From NCBI GenBank assembly GCA_051382295.1, contig JBBCAW010000001.1, positions 1 to 49,450 of the forward strand: a DNA stretch of 49,450 nucleotides, written 5' to 3'. Positions 8,428 through 17,794 of this stretch are shown here, in pieces. The DNA is from Bdellovibrionota bacterium FG-1. GTDB taxonomy: Bacteria; Bdellovibrionota; UBA1018. Below the pieces are notes generated by a model. That model was given only the letters and a program-made list of their open reading frames with translations, was not told the origin of the DNA and did not search any database. The translations under genes were made by a program, and so were the position numbers. The stretch's first letter is position 1. Every line of letters starts with the position of its first letter.

Positions 8428-8634
8428 TTAGGAAGTCTTCTTTGCCTTCAGGATCGCCCGCACCAGCTCGTCCGAATTCACGGGTTTGGAAATATGTTCC
8501 TGAAAGCCCGCAGCCAAAGCCTTCTGCCGTGTCTCTGAATCTGCATATGCGGTCAACGCCACAGCGGGTGTATTTCCGCCCTTTTTGTGACTTAGTTTCC
8601 TAATCTTTTGAATTAGGCTGTAGCCATCCTCATC
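8428..8634 (-). pseudogene. C-terminal half of a response-regulator receiver domain (fragment)
   Basis: DEDGYSLIQKIRKL...TPAVALTAYADSETRQKALAAGFQEHISKPVNSDELVRAI-stop. No start codon and no N-terminal half. Absent from the ORF track. Confidence 0.8.
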
Positions 8635-9116
8635 TTTGAAGTATCACAGGCAGTTAACGTGAAATCTGAGCCGCCGATGCCGCCGCCACGGTGGATGACC
8701 TCACGGGCATCGACTCTTCGGGCTTCTGGGCTAATCCGCGAGCAACAACCTGCGGACCTGCTTGAGACTCAAACAAAGAGACCTCGTGCTGAAGTGTTCC
8801 ATTCGCGAGCAAACACCTATGCGCCTCGACCGCTTTCGCTGCTTCTTGCGGAGATTCAAAAATCGAGTCAAGCTCAAGTTCGGACTGAGATTCAAGGCAT
8901 CGAACAAAAACTTCGCTTCAAGCTGCGATTAACAGCCAAAACAAGCGCTCGTCTTCGGCGGGTCATTCTTAAAAAACGCTGAGAGCGTGCTTTTTGAGTT
9001 AGGACGTTCAAACTATCTTTTTTGATCTCAGTGGGGGTTTTACCCACGGAGCCAGGAGTTGATCAAACTCAGTGTCGAGATCAAGACCAAGAACCCCCGG
9101 TACGGTGATCTTATTA

Positions 9117-9983
9117 TTATTTCTTCCATGCACCGTTGATGCGGATGGTCTTGGTACTCGTAGTATAGCTGCCATCCGGCGTCTCCATGTCTATTTTGGC
9201 CCAGTTGGAGTGCTCATAAACGCGCACTATCTGAAGGCCCGGTTTCAACCAGTCGTTTATGCTCTGCATGTAGCCCTTTCCGTCGGGCCCTTCAATTCTC
9301 TGAATCACACTTTCCTGGCAGACTTGCTTCAGCGCTGCCACATCCTTAGCGTGCATCGCCCGCATATACTCAGCAACAACCTTGCCCGGCTCGCTGTTCG
9401 CCGCTGCCGCTCCCTGGGCCGTAGGCTTGGGTTCGGGCTGAATTGGGGCGCTGAAAGTCGCAGTTAACCCATCCATCGATATCTTTCCGGCCACCGTTTT
9501 GTTGTTGAAAGTCTTTTTCTCAAACCTGAAAGATTCCTCGTTGAGAGACCTTGACATCATTTGGTACAGCATCGTGCCCCCTGAAGGTTCCCCCTTCTCG
9601 GTGAGAGATAGGTCAAGAGCTTGGAGCTTGCCCGTTTGCACCAGCATGGTCACACCAACTTCATCCTCCATGGCCTCGTCAGAGATAGGCTGATCGCTGA
9701 GGACGATCCGAATCTCGCGTTTCTTCTTGTTGAATGGAATATTGCGAGTCGCCTCATCGATTGGATCTATCCTTTTCTGGGCGCGGACATAGCTTAGTTT
9801 GATGGTTTTGACTTTATCCTCGCCTTGCTCGAATGTTGCTTTGGGATTGAGGGTGAAGGTTCCAGTCGCGGTCCCAGCTGTCTGCATAGTTTTTTCCCCT
9901 TTTTTTTCTGCGCCTCGCGCTAAGTTCAAACAAAAAGCCATTATAAATATCATTGTAAATCTCATTACTCTTTTCATTTCCAT
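9117..9983 (-). CDS. Exported hypothetical protein, C-terminal NTF2-like (DUF4878-like) domain
   Basis: 288 aa with signal peptide and RBS AAGGAG. C-terminus PGKVVAEYMRAMHAKDVAALK...IRINGAWKK. Confidence 0.65.
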   Translation of the reverse strand: MEMKRVMRFTMIFIMAFCLNLARGAEKKGEKTMQTAGTATGTFTLNPKATFEQGEDKVKTIKLSYVRAQKRIDPIDEATRNIPFNKKKREIRIVLSDQPISDEAMEDEVGVTMLVQTGKLQALDLSLTEKGEPSGGTMLYQMMSRSLNEESFRFEKKTFNNKTVAGKISMDGLTATFSAPIQPEPKPTAQGAAAANSEPGKVVAEYMRAMHAKDVAALKQVCQESVIQRIEGPDGKGYMQSINDWLKPGLQIVRVYEHSNWAKIDMETPDGSYTTSTKTIRINGAWKK

Positions 9984-10045
9984 TTTATTTCTCCTTTTAA
10001 TTTGATCGACTCCTTGTCACGCATCTTTAGGGGAGGGTCACCCCT

Positions 10046-11278
10046 CTACTGTGGCGTCAAGCTGAACGAGTCAAGAACCTCGCCCTCGGGGGATTTGGCC
10101 GCGCATTCGAGGTGATTGCCAGAAACCGAGACGTTCACATAATGATGCTTCGGAACGACGACCGTCACATGTGGCCACAATTTGTGGCGCTTGGTATCGA
10201 CGTCGCCGCCGCCACCTCCCGTGATCACATAAGCGACGCCGTTGAGAATTCCGCGCTCGTAAACGTGCGCGTGCCCGTTGAACACCAGCGTAATGTGGTA
10301 CTTCTCGAATAGCGGGACTAGGTGTTCCCGCAAGAGCGGTTCGCCGTCGTAATACTCGTCATCCCAGCTCGTCGTGAAAGGCGGCTCGTGGAAGAAAATA
10401 AAACGAAAGGTCGCTTGGCGGGATAGCGGGGACTCAAGGTCCTGAATCAGCCAGCGGTATTGTTCGCCGCTGGGAGGGAGGTCAAATTTACCGTAATCGC
10501 GGTTCTCATTCGTGTCGAGCACGATGAAGTGACTATTGCCATAATTAAATGAATAGTACATCCGGTTGCCGGAGGGATTCCGGAACAAGGCTCGATATTC
10601 CCGTCGCCCGGGGCTGCTCGGAGAAAAATTCCAGTGAACGCCTTGTGCGAAGCCATAGTCATGATTTCCAGCGGCAAGGAAGACCGGGACGTTCGCCAGG
10701 AAGTGCGCTCCTGGCTGAAAGAACTCAGTCGCCCACTGGGAGCGGTTGAACCCATTGTCGCTGAAATCTCCAACGCCGACCCCGAAATCCGGCTGCGTCG
10801 CTAACATGGCTTCAGAGACCTGCGTGAAGATCGAAGGGTTATGCTGGTTGTCGCCCCAAACGACGAAATGGAAAGGGGTCTGATCGGACGTAGGCGCCGT
10901 CACAAAGTTGCCTTCCTGGTAGAGTCCGAGGCCTTGGGGTTTGACCACGCGATAGGCGTAATGTGTGCCGGGTTTCAGGTGCTCCAAGCGGAACTCGTGG
11001 CGGGTGACCTTGTCCGACAGCCATCGCGGCGCAGCGAAGACGTATTTTCCGCCAATGAGCTCGCCGATCTGAATGCCCGAGTTCTCGGCCTTGCTGGTTT
11101 CCCATAGGAGGGTGAGATGGTCTTTGCTGATATCCTGGAGGTAGGCGGAACGCACCAACTTTGCCCTGGCGTCCCCCTGCACACGGGCGGCGAACAGTAC
11201 GAGAGTTGTCGCGGAAAAGACAAAAAGTGAGACGCCGGCGATAACCCATTTCGCGCGTCGATGGCCGTATTGCATCAC
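10046..11278 (-). CDS. Purple acid phosphatase-family metallophosphoesterase with N-terminal FN3-like domain
   Basis: Motifs WGDNQ, GDFSDNG, AAGNHD, FHEPP and GHAHVYER, plus LKPGTHYAYRV. N-terminal membrane or signal segment. Confidence 0.9.
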   Translation of the reverse strand: MMQYGHRRAKWVIAGVSLFVFSATTLVLFAARVQGDARAKLVRSAYLQDISKDHLTLLWETSKAENSGIQIGELIGGKYVFAAPRWLSDKVTRHEFRLEHLKPGTHYAYRVVKPQGLGLYQEGNFVTAPTSDQTPFHFVVWGDNQHNPSIFTQVSEAMLATQPDFGVGVGDFSDNGFNRSQWATEFFQPGAHFLANVPVFLAAGNHDYGFAQGVHWNFSPSSPGRREYRALFRNPSGNRMYYSFNYGNSHFIVLDTNENRDYGKFDLPPSGEQYRWLIQDLESPLSRQATFRFIFFHEPPFTTSWDDEYYDGEPLLREHLVPLFEKYHITLVFNGHAHVYERGILNGVAYVITGGGGGDVDTKRHKLWPHVTVVVPKHHYVNVSVSGNHLECAAKSPEGEVLDSFSLTPQ

Positions 11279-11534
11279 TTGCTCCCTCCCGTGCCCTTCC
11301 TTGAAGGTAACACGGAAAGGGGGGTGGGGTATTAGGATTTCATCCCAAGTTGAAACTAGGGATTAGCTTTCGAAGATCGATCGATTGCAAGAGGATAAAG
11401 TTGTTATTGACGCAACTAGTTAAAAGTACTATGAGTACAACTCTGAATGCCGAATCGATTCAATCCAAGAAAGACCGCGCAGCCATTGATGTGAGCTGTC
11501 ACTAAACCCACAGCTCAAATGACTTCGTTGTGTC

Positions 11535-11647
11535 GGATCGGCTCGTCTTCGCTGTCACTCGTGGCGCTTTGACTGGTGAAGATGTCTGCCGAATGTTTGC
11601 GGCTATTCAGCAGCAAAACGGGGTACCGCGGCATTTGAGTACTGACC
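11535..11647 (+). mobile_element. Internal remnant of the IS481-like transposase, inverted relative to the other two
   Basis: Encodes LVFAVTRGALTGEDVCRMFAAIQQQNGVPRHLSTD, matching TGEDVCRMFVAIRLQNGLPRHLSTD at ~4950-5025. Confidence 0.75.
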
Positions 11648-11872
11648 CTGAAGCGAGTTTAGGCGGTTCAAACCACCTTTTTTGATTTCAGTGGGGTGAC
11701 AGACCCGTTCACAGTCATTCCGCCGACTTGCGCCGCGTTTTTTCCTATTGTAGGAAACATGCCTGCGTCATGCAAGCACGAAAACCGCTTGAGGTGCAGT
11801 TGATTTGCGATCACTCGCGAAACGTCAAGAAATGTCCGGCAATGCTGCTGTGATCGCGCACGGATCATGGGT

Positions 11873-12687
11873 TCACTCCACCAGTTCCTTGGCGAGCTTG
11901 GTCAGAAGCGCCATGAGTTGGTCCCAGCAATCCTTGAACGCTGGCGCTTTCCCGGCCACGTCAACGCTGCCCCATGCCGCCGTGAGTACACCGCGATCTA
12001 TGCGGCCCACGGCTTCAACGAGATTTTTTGGAAGTCTGGTATTCCGCTTTTGACAGACGACGCGCACCGCGCGGGCGATGTCAGCGCTGCTCTTGCACCT
12101 CGGAAAAATTTCCACCAGGTCATAGACATCTTTGGCGCGCGAGTTGGCTGACCCACGGGCCAGCAGCGTTTGAAGCTTCTCGGCGAAAATAAACTCAAGC
12201 GGGTAGACTCGCCACGAAAGCGGCGCCGCCCCCAGCACGGTCGGCATTCGTGCGAATGACCTTTTGGCTTGGGCCGGGACCTCATCGCCAATGCCGATGT
12301 CAATGTGGAGCCGGGAAAGCTTCTCGATTTTTGCTTTTTCCGGCGGCTCCTTTCCGATATGAAAACCACAGTTGGCCCGTAGTCCTCCGTATTCACCTTG
12401 ATTCGGCACGGGTTCCACGCGGGTATCTACAAACCACAGCTCGTCATGAAGATTGTGCTCAAGAGCGTTTTTGATCAGCTCCATCGATTTTTTCTGGTCG
12501 ATGTCAAACGCAAGGGCATCAAGGTCGCGCGTAAAGCGCGCACTCTGGGCTCGGCTTCAAGCCGCGCTATGACCCGTTCAATCGCTACAATGACCCGAAT
12601 CTGGCTGAATTTTAGGCGTGATTTCGGTTCGGCGGCGAGGCGCTTGATTTGCTCCACGAGACCGATAGGATCGTTCTTCGGTTTCAT
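11873..12687 (-). pseudogene. AbiEii/AbiGii-family nucleotidyltransferase toxin, frameshifted
   Basis: N-terminus (IVAIERVIARLE) is in one frame. ARFTRDLDAL...IDIGIGD...YPLEFIFAEKLQTL...NSRAKDVYDL is in another. The KGG segment expected between them is missing. Confidence 0.8.
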
Positions 12688-12688
12688 A

Positions 12689-13264
12689 TCAAGCCAGTGC
12701 CTCAATGTAGGGACGAATCTTATCGGCGGCGCTCAACTGGTTCGCCATGTCCAAGACCTTGGAAAGCGTGGTTTTTTTCTGCGCAATGGCGGTGCGGATG
12801 GCTTCCACCGCGACGTTGGTGCCAATTCGTTTCCGCTCAATCAAGCATTCGGCAAGGGTTCGCTCCACGGAGGTGATCGAATAGCCTTTCTCCCGAACAA
12901 CGCCGACATTGAACCGGGGCTCTCGTTTCCGGAACAGCCGCACGCCCGTGAACCGCGTATGCTTTTCCACTGGCACGAGGAGCCATACCGCACGCGGGAT
13001 GATGTCAGTTAGGCCATAGAATGCCAGGGCCGACAAAAGGCACACGGCTGAATCCCCACCCAAGCGAAGCGTCGCTATGCGAAACTGCTCCTCGTCGTTG
13101 ATATCCTCCGCCGGAACGCGGTAGACACCACGGCTCATACGTTCAAGGCCGCCCGTTTTAAGCTGGCGTTGAATCTCATTCCACGAAACATCAAGCTGCT
13201 TGGCCTCTGCCCAGGTGAAAAGGCGAGTCCGGAGCTTTTGCGGAAATACGGGCCTTTTTGCCAT
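12689..13264 (-). CDS. Type IV toxin-antitoxin AbiEi-family antitoxin
   Basis: LERMSRGVYR, VCLLSALAFYGLTDIIP and ITSVERTLAECL motifs. Directly upstream of AbiEii. Start taken as MAKRP at 13264. Confidence 0.85.
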   Translation of the reverse strand: MAKRPVFPQKLRTRLFTWAEAKQLDVSWNEIQRQLKTGGLERMSRGVYRVPAEDINDEEQFRIATLRLGGDSAVCLLSALAFYGLTDIIPRAVWLLVPVEKHTRFTGVRLFRKREPRFNVGVVREKGYSITSVERTLAECLIERKRIGTNVAVEAIRTAIAQKKTTLSKVLDMANQLSAADKIRPYIEALA

Positions 13265-13266
13265 AA

Positions 13267-13306
13267 ATACAATGTGACACGGAATCGATAACGTGTCACA
13301 TTGTAT
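13267..13306. promoter_or_regulatory. Perfect 15-bp inverted repeat, putative AbiEi operator
   Basis: ATACAATGTGACACG-N10-CGTGTCACATTGTAT immediately upstream of the abiEi start. AbiEi proteins autorepress through promoter inverted repeats. Confidence 0.75.
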
Positions 13307-13448
13307 GTTATCTCCAACATCAAACACTGTCGTTTCAGTTATTTGCAGATTCCGACCGCCCATGGGAACCTCCAGATTGTGAAGGGTGAACAGGGAGCCT
13401 GGAGCGGTAACCGCCTCTACTCTCGCCGTACCCCATAGTCGCCTTATC

Positions 13449-14396
13449 TCACTTACACACCGAGTGCTTCGGCAGCGCGCGCGCGAAAATGCATTGGAGA
13501 TAGCCTTTGGGATCCGGGTGCCTTTCATCGGGGTCCGCGTTGCAATCCCAGGCCCAATGGGCAGGTCTTTTTCTCCAAGCTGAAAAGATGATGTCGGCAA
13601 AAGCTTCGGTGCCCTGGTACGAGGCACAAATAGGTTTGTTTTTCGCCCGTTCGGCCGTTTGGTGGTCTTTCAGGGCTTGAAGGACGCATTCGCGGGTTTG
13701 CACGCCTACCGTGTTGTCAAAATCGGCAATACTGGTTCCTGAAAAGGGACAGGCAGAAACAAGAGCCATCATGGGAAGGGCGCCATTTCTCGACGTCTGG
13801 CAGGCGTGGCCAAGCTCATGAAGGAAGATCCGCTCGATGCATTCCCGGTTTTCGCAGGATAAAAGAACTTCCTCGGAAACATACACTGCATGATCGTTAT
13901 AGGCGAAATGAGAAGTGAGATTCCCATATCCGAGACCCTGCAGGATTTTTAGCTGAGTTTTGGAAAAATAATCACGGCAGGATTTATCTGGGCCACAACA
14001 CATGGCTTGCATGTCCGGGGCCGAAATCATTTGATCAAAGGAGACTTTGGCGGTGCGAAAGGCGCGTTTCCAAGTAGGGCTTTGATGTTGGTTTTCGGCT
14101 TGCCATTCGACAGCATTGGGCGACCAGCAAATGTTTGACTTGCATAGCCTGCTTGTTTTCCGGCAAAAAGACTCTATTTCAAAAGGCGCACCGCAGTCGA
14201 TCTTCCGGACCTTCGAATAAGGGAGGAGGTCGGGATCGTTGCCGCTCCGGGGGCTGGACGCATTGGGTGACAAGCGCAAATGAAGGACCTTGTCCAGGTA
14301 TTCGTCGATAAGGATCGGGACTCCGGCTTCCTCGGCTCGGGTGGCCGCCGAAAGGAACAGGAGTAAAAATAGGGCTAAAAGCGCGAATTTTTTCAT
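13449..14396 (-). CDS. Exported Cys-rich zinc metallopeptidase (gluzincin-like)
   Basis: Signal peptide, IFLHELGH followed by EAFAD, and many Cys. ATGA overlap with the mlaD stop. Confidence 0.7.
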   Translation of the reverse strand: MKKFALLALFLLLFLSAATRAEEAGVPILIDEYLDKVLHLRLSPNASSPRSGNDPDLLPYSKVRKIDCGAPFEIESFCRKTSRLCKSNICWSPNAVEWQAENQHQSPTWKRAFRTAKVSFDQMISAPDMQAMCCGPDKSCRDYFSKTQLKILQGLGYGNLTSHFAYNDHAVYVSEEVLLSCENRECIERIFLHELGHACQTSRNGALPMMALVSACPFSGTSIADFDNTVGVQTRECVLQALKDHQTAERAKNKPICASYQGTEAFADIIFSAWRKRPAHWAWDCNADPDERHPDPKGYLQCIFARALPKHSVCK

Positions 14397-15226
14397 TTCT
14401 TCTTTTTCTTTTCTGCCGCTTCCGCATCCGCCTCGGCTTGGTCATTCTTCCGAATCGTTTGCCGGACGAGGTTGCGTACGACGCGATTGCGGTTGGCACC
14501 ACCCATCAGCGATTTCATGTCATCGTAAAGGCTAGGATCATTGACGAGTGAGCCCAAAGTTCCCGTGCCGTTATTCACTTTTTCCAAAATCCGATTCAGG
14601 TTTTTAGAAACCGTTTTGAGCTGAAGATCCGTTACTTCTTGATTGAGCTTGGTCGAAGTATCCGCCAGATTTTTAGCAGTCGTTGCCATTCCTTGAAAAA
14701 AGATTTCGCTTCGTCGACCCGACTCAAAGGTCTTAATCATTCGATCCATGCCGCTGGCGAGGCTTTGGAGGGTGGCCATGAGCTGGTCGCTTTTGGAAAT
14801 AAACTGGGTGAGACTCTCACCGATGCGAGTCGGGAGTTCAGAGTCGGGTTTGATTTCAGGTTGGTCGTCAGCACCGCGGGATACCATGAGATACTTGTCG
14901 CCCAAGACCCCTTGAGTTTGAATTTCGACCACCGAGTCGCCCCGAATCCAATCTGCCTGGGCGCGGGCAATTTGAAAGGTCGCGCGAATATCCCGATGTT
15001 CCGGATCAAAGTCGAGTTTTTCGACCGTTCCGACCTGAACGCCTCCAATCACCACTTTCGCGCCCTGAATCAGGCCCTCCACTGAGGGAAAGCGCGCGGA
15101 GTAGTGATTTTTTCGGATCAGCAGGCCCTCTGTATTGCCCAATACCAGGATGGAAAGCATGATCAGGGCAAGCCCGAGGGTCACGAAAAACCCTACTTTA
15201 AGTTCAATTTCTATGCCTTTTCGCAT
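14393..15226 (-). CDS. mlaD: MCE/MlaD-family lipid ABC transporter substrate-binding protein
   Basis: ELKVGFFV TM segment, GLIQGAKVVIGGVQVGTV, IQTQGVLGDKYL, and a helical tail with GTLGSLVNDPSLY. Start taken at 15226. Confidence 0.9.
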   Translation of the reverse strand: MRKGIEIELKVGFFVTLGLALIMLSILVLGNTEGLLIRKNHYSARFPSVEGLIQGAKVVIGGVQVGTVEKLDFDPEHRDIRATFQIARAQADWIRGDSVVEIQTQGVLGDKYLMVSRGADDQPEIKPDSELPTRIGESLTQFISKSDQLMATLQSLASGMDRMIKTFESGRRSEIFFQGMATTAKNLADTSTKLNQEVTDLQLKTVSKNLNRILEKVNNGTGTLGSLVNDPSLYDDMKSLMGGANRNRVVRNLVRQTIRKNDQAEADAEAAEKKKKK

Positions 15227-15254
15227 GGGGCTGGTTTCCTTTTTCTGCATCAGC

Positions 15255-16004
15255 TTAGGTCGGGTGTGCCGCCGTGCCGCTGATAAAAGAGAGCACGATG
15301 GGGTCCTTGGATTTTTGGATGTTTTCGATGCTATCGATGACCTGAATTTTTCCATCGGCCAGGATCGCGATCCGGTCTGAAATTTCCAGGGCACTGGGGA
15401 TGTCGTGAGTGACAAAAATTCCGGTTAAACCGTGGGCTTTGAGTTTTTTGATATTATCCAGCAGCCGCTTGGTATTGACCGGATCCAAGCCTGCAGTCGG
15501 TTCGTCAAAAAGGACCACTGCGGGCTCCAGAATGATCGCCCGAGCGAGGCCCGCGCGTTTTTGCATGCCTCCGGACAACTCGGCCGGCAGCAAAAGGTTG
15601 CTTCCGGGCATGTCGATCAGCGTGAGCATTTGTTCCACTCGTTCATGGATTTTGCTCGCCGAAAGTTTCGTGTGTTCTTGAAGGGGGTAGGCCAGATTTT
15701 CTTCGACGGTCAGCGAGTCAAAAAGGGCGCCATTTTGAAAAACATAGGCGATTTTGTTGCGAACAGGAATGAGCTGGCGCTCGGTCAGGCGGATGATGTT
15801 CTGGCCTTCAAAAATAATCTGTCCCTGATCCGGCTTCTCGAGGCCGATGATCGACCGGAGGATGACGCTTTTACCGGTACCGGAGCCGCCAAAAAGCCCC
15901 AAAATTTCCCCTTTACGGAGCGCAAACGAGACACCCCGGTGCACGATTTTTTCACCGAAGGCTTTGTGGATGTCTTTGACTTCGAGGACGATCGATTCGG
16001 TCAT
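15255..16004 (-). CDS. mlaF: MlaF-type ABC transporter ATPase
   Basis: GGSGTGKS, FQNGALFDSLTV, LSGGMQKR, DEPTAGLDP and VTHD. Confidence 0.92.
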   Translation of the reverse strand: MTESIVLEVKDIHKAFGEKIVHRGVSFALRKGEILGLFGGSGTGKSVILRSIIGLEKPDQGQIIFEGQNIIRLTERQLIPVRNKIAYVFQNGALFDSLTVEENLAYPLQEHTKLSASKIHERVEQMLTLIDMPGSNLLLPAELSGGMQKRAGLARAIILEPAVVLFDEPTAGLDPVNTKRLLDNIKKLKAHGLTGIFVTHDIPSALEISDRIAILADGKIQVIDSIENIQKSKDPIVLSFISGTAAHPT

Positions 16005-16016
16005 GGTGAAAGGGTC

Positions 16017-16841
16017 TCAGTATTTCGGGAACACGGTTAAAATAAAAAATTTAGTTAAAAAGAAGTCACTGATCATGATGAAGATGCTCGAAGTGACGAC
16101 CACCCAGGTGGTGGTTTCGCCGACGCCTCGAGTGCCTCCTTCGGTATTGAGGCCTTTCCAGCAGGCGACCAGAGAGATAAAGAAGGCAAAAACAATCGTT
16201 TTTGCCATACCGGTGTAAAAGTCATACATGCGCAGGGTTTCGATCACTTTGGACGTAAAATACTCGGCATTGATTGAAAGTTCCTTGGCGCAAATGACCA
16301 TCGCGCCAAACAATCCGATGTAGTCGGCAAAAAGCGTAAGAATCGGAAGCGCAATCATGCTAGCAAGAAGCCGGGGGATGACAATGCGCTTAATCGGGCT
16401 TGTGCCGAGGGCGCGGATCGCATCGATCTGTTGCGTGACCTTCATCGAGGCCACTTCGGAGGCGATGCCAGAGCCGATTCGTCCGGCCACCAAAAGACTG
16501 GTAAAAACAGGGCCCATTTCTCGGAGAATCGTTAAGGCGACAATTTTTGGAACGTACAGTTTTCCGCCAAATTTAGCCAAGCCATAGCCAAATTGAAGGG
16601 CCATGACTGAGCCGGTGGCTAGCGCGGTGACGACCACGAGAAGAAAAGACTTAATGCCAATCTGATAAAGCTGATCGAGCACCAGCCGGAAATAAAAGGG
16701 GCTCTGAAAAAGCTCCACCAAGGTTTGTCCGCAAAGCTGCCCAAAGCTTCCGGTAAAACGCAAAAAATGAACCACTTTGCGACCGGTTCGATACACATAA
16801 AAGGTGGCCGCCGGAGCAGCCGTTGGGCTCGAGGAAGACAT
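16017..16841 (-). CDS. mlaE: MlaE-family ABC transporter permease
   Basis: LREMGPVFTSLLVAGRIGSGIASEVASMKVTQQIDA and GGTRGVGETTT. Confidence 0.92.
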   Translation of the reverse strand: MSSSSPTAAPAATFYVYRTGRKVVHFLRFTGSFGQLCGQTLVELFQSPFYFRLVLDQLYQIGIKSFLLVVVTALATGSVMALQFGYGLAKFGGKLYVPKIVALTILREMGPVFTSLLVAGRIGSGIASEVASMKVTQQIDAIRALGTSPIKRIVIPRLLASMIALPILTLFADYIGLFGAMVICAKELSINAEYFTSKVIETLRMYDFYTGMAKTIVFAFFISLVACWKGLNTEGGTRGVGETTTWVVVTSSIFIMISDFFLTKFFILTVFPKY

Positions 16842-16857
16842 CTCTTAAAAGTACCGC

Positions 16858-17475
16858 TTATTTGAGCCGGAGAGAAGCGACGAAATGATCGAAATCCGAT
16901 TCCGTCTCGGTAAAATATTCCGGGGGGCTCATATACAGCAAGTCATAGACGCAGGCCTTGCGTCGCAAAACGACGCAGCTGACCTTAATGGGTTTGCTGT
17001 TCATTTTGCCTTCCAGGGTCGTTTTCAAGGCGGGCGTCGCCTGGACCGTCAAATTTTGCTCGTTTCGTTCCGAAATATCCGAAATCCCCAGGAGTAGCTC
17101 ATGGGTGAGCTCTTGGAGGCTTTTGTCCTGGGTTTCGACGGTGGGGCGACAGGCTGAGTTGAGGGCTATAATAGAGGGGGCATGCTTGGCCTGAAAGGCG
17201 ACGTCTGAGACCTCCGTTGAAGTGTTTTCGTGATCGCGGTGTTCGGCATCCGCCTGGGCCGGATCCAGCCGGTCCCAGATCGGTGGTTTTTCCTTGGCCA
17301 AATCAATGACGCCGTATTGGTCCGATTTTTCGTCTACGGGCCTGACATTACCAATTAACAGGCCGCATCCCGAAAGAATGGGGGCTGCGGCCATCCCAAG
17401 CAAAGCCAACTTGATGCTAAAAACCAGGTTTGAACTCATCTTTATATTTATCTGTAAACTTGTCATTGAGTACAC
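16858..17475 (-). CDS. Putative lipoprotein heading the mla operon
   Basis: Lipobox ILSGC. 16 bp upstream of mlaE. True start may be an internal Met. Confidence 0.7.
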   Translation of the reverse strand: MYSMTSLQINIKMSSNLVFSIKLALLGMAAAPILSGCGLLIGNVRPVDEKSDQYGVIDLAKEKPPIWDRLDPAQADAEHRDHENTSTEVSDVAFQAKHAPSIIALNSACRPTVETQDKSLQELTHELLLGISDISERNEQNLTVQATPALKTTLEGKMNSKPIKVSCVVLRRKACVYDLLYMSPPEYFTETESDFDHFVASLRLK

Positions 17476-17713
17476 GATAAACCGTCAAGGCCTCGGCGTA
17501 AACCGTCGTGTTTTCTGACGGAGGGTCAAAAAAGCCTCTCTTTCAGACGGGCTCCCCAAACTCAGGGAGAGAAAAAGAGTGAATTCACACGGGGGACCGC
17601 TCAAGATACCCGGGTTCAAATTACCCAGTGCGATCCAAAGCTTCCTATCTCTTTTTAGCCTGTCGGCAACTCATTCCGATGGCTTGAGGTCATTTTTTGC
17701 ACCGAGGCAGAAA

Positions 17714-17730
17714 TTGGCACTCGGCTTGCT
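17714..17730 (+). promoter_or_regulatory. Sigma-54 (-24/-12) promoter of the flagellar cluster
   Basis: TTGGCAC-TCGGC-TTGCT matches the consensus TGGCAC-N5-TTGC. Confidence 0.8.
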
Positions 17731-17794
17731 CTACCCTCGGATAGCAAATGGCCTCATATGATGTGAGGTCCTGGTAAAGTTCATTGCGAGCTGG

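Noticed and set aside
8659..8982. 107-aa plus ORF
   Set aside because: No recognisable motif or RBS. It lies among fragments and may be a remnant.
13265..13627. Long N-terminal extension of the AbiEi ORF
   Set aside because: It overlaps the peptidase gene and the operator palindrome. Family similarity begins at MAKRP (13264).
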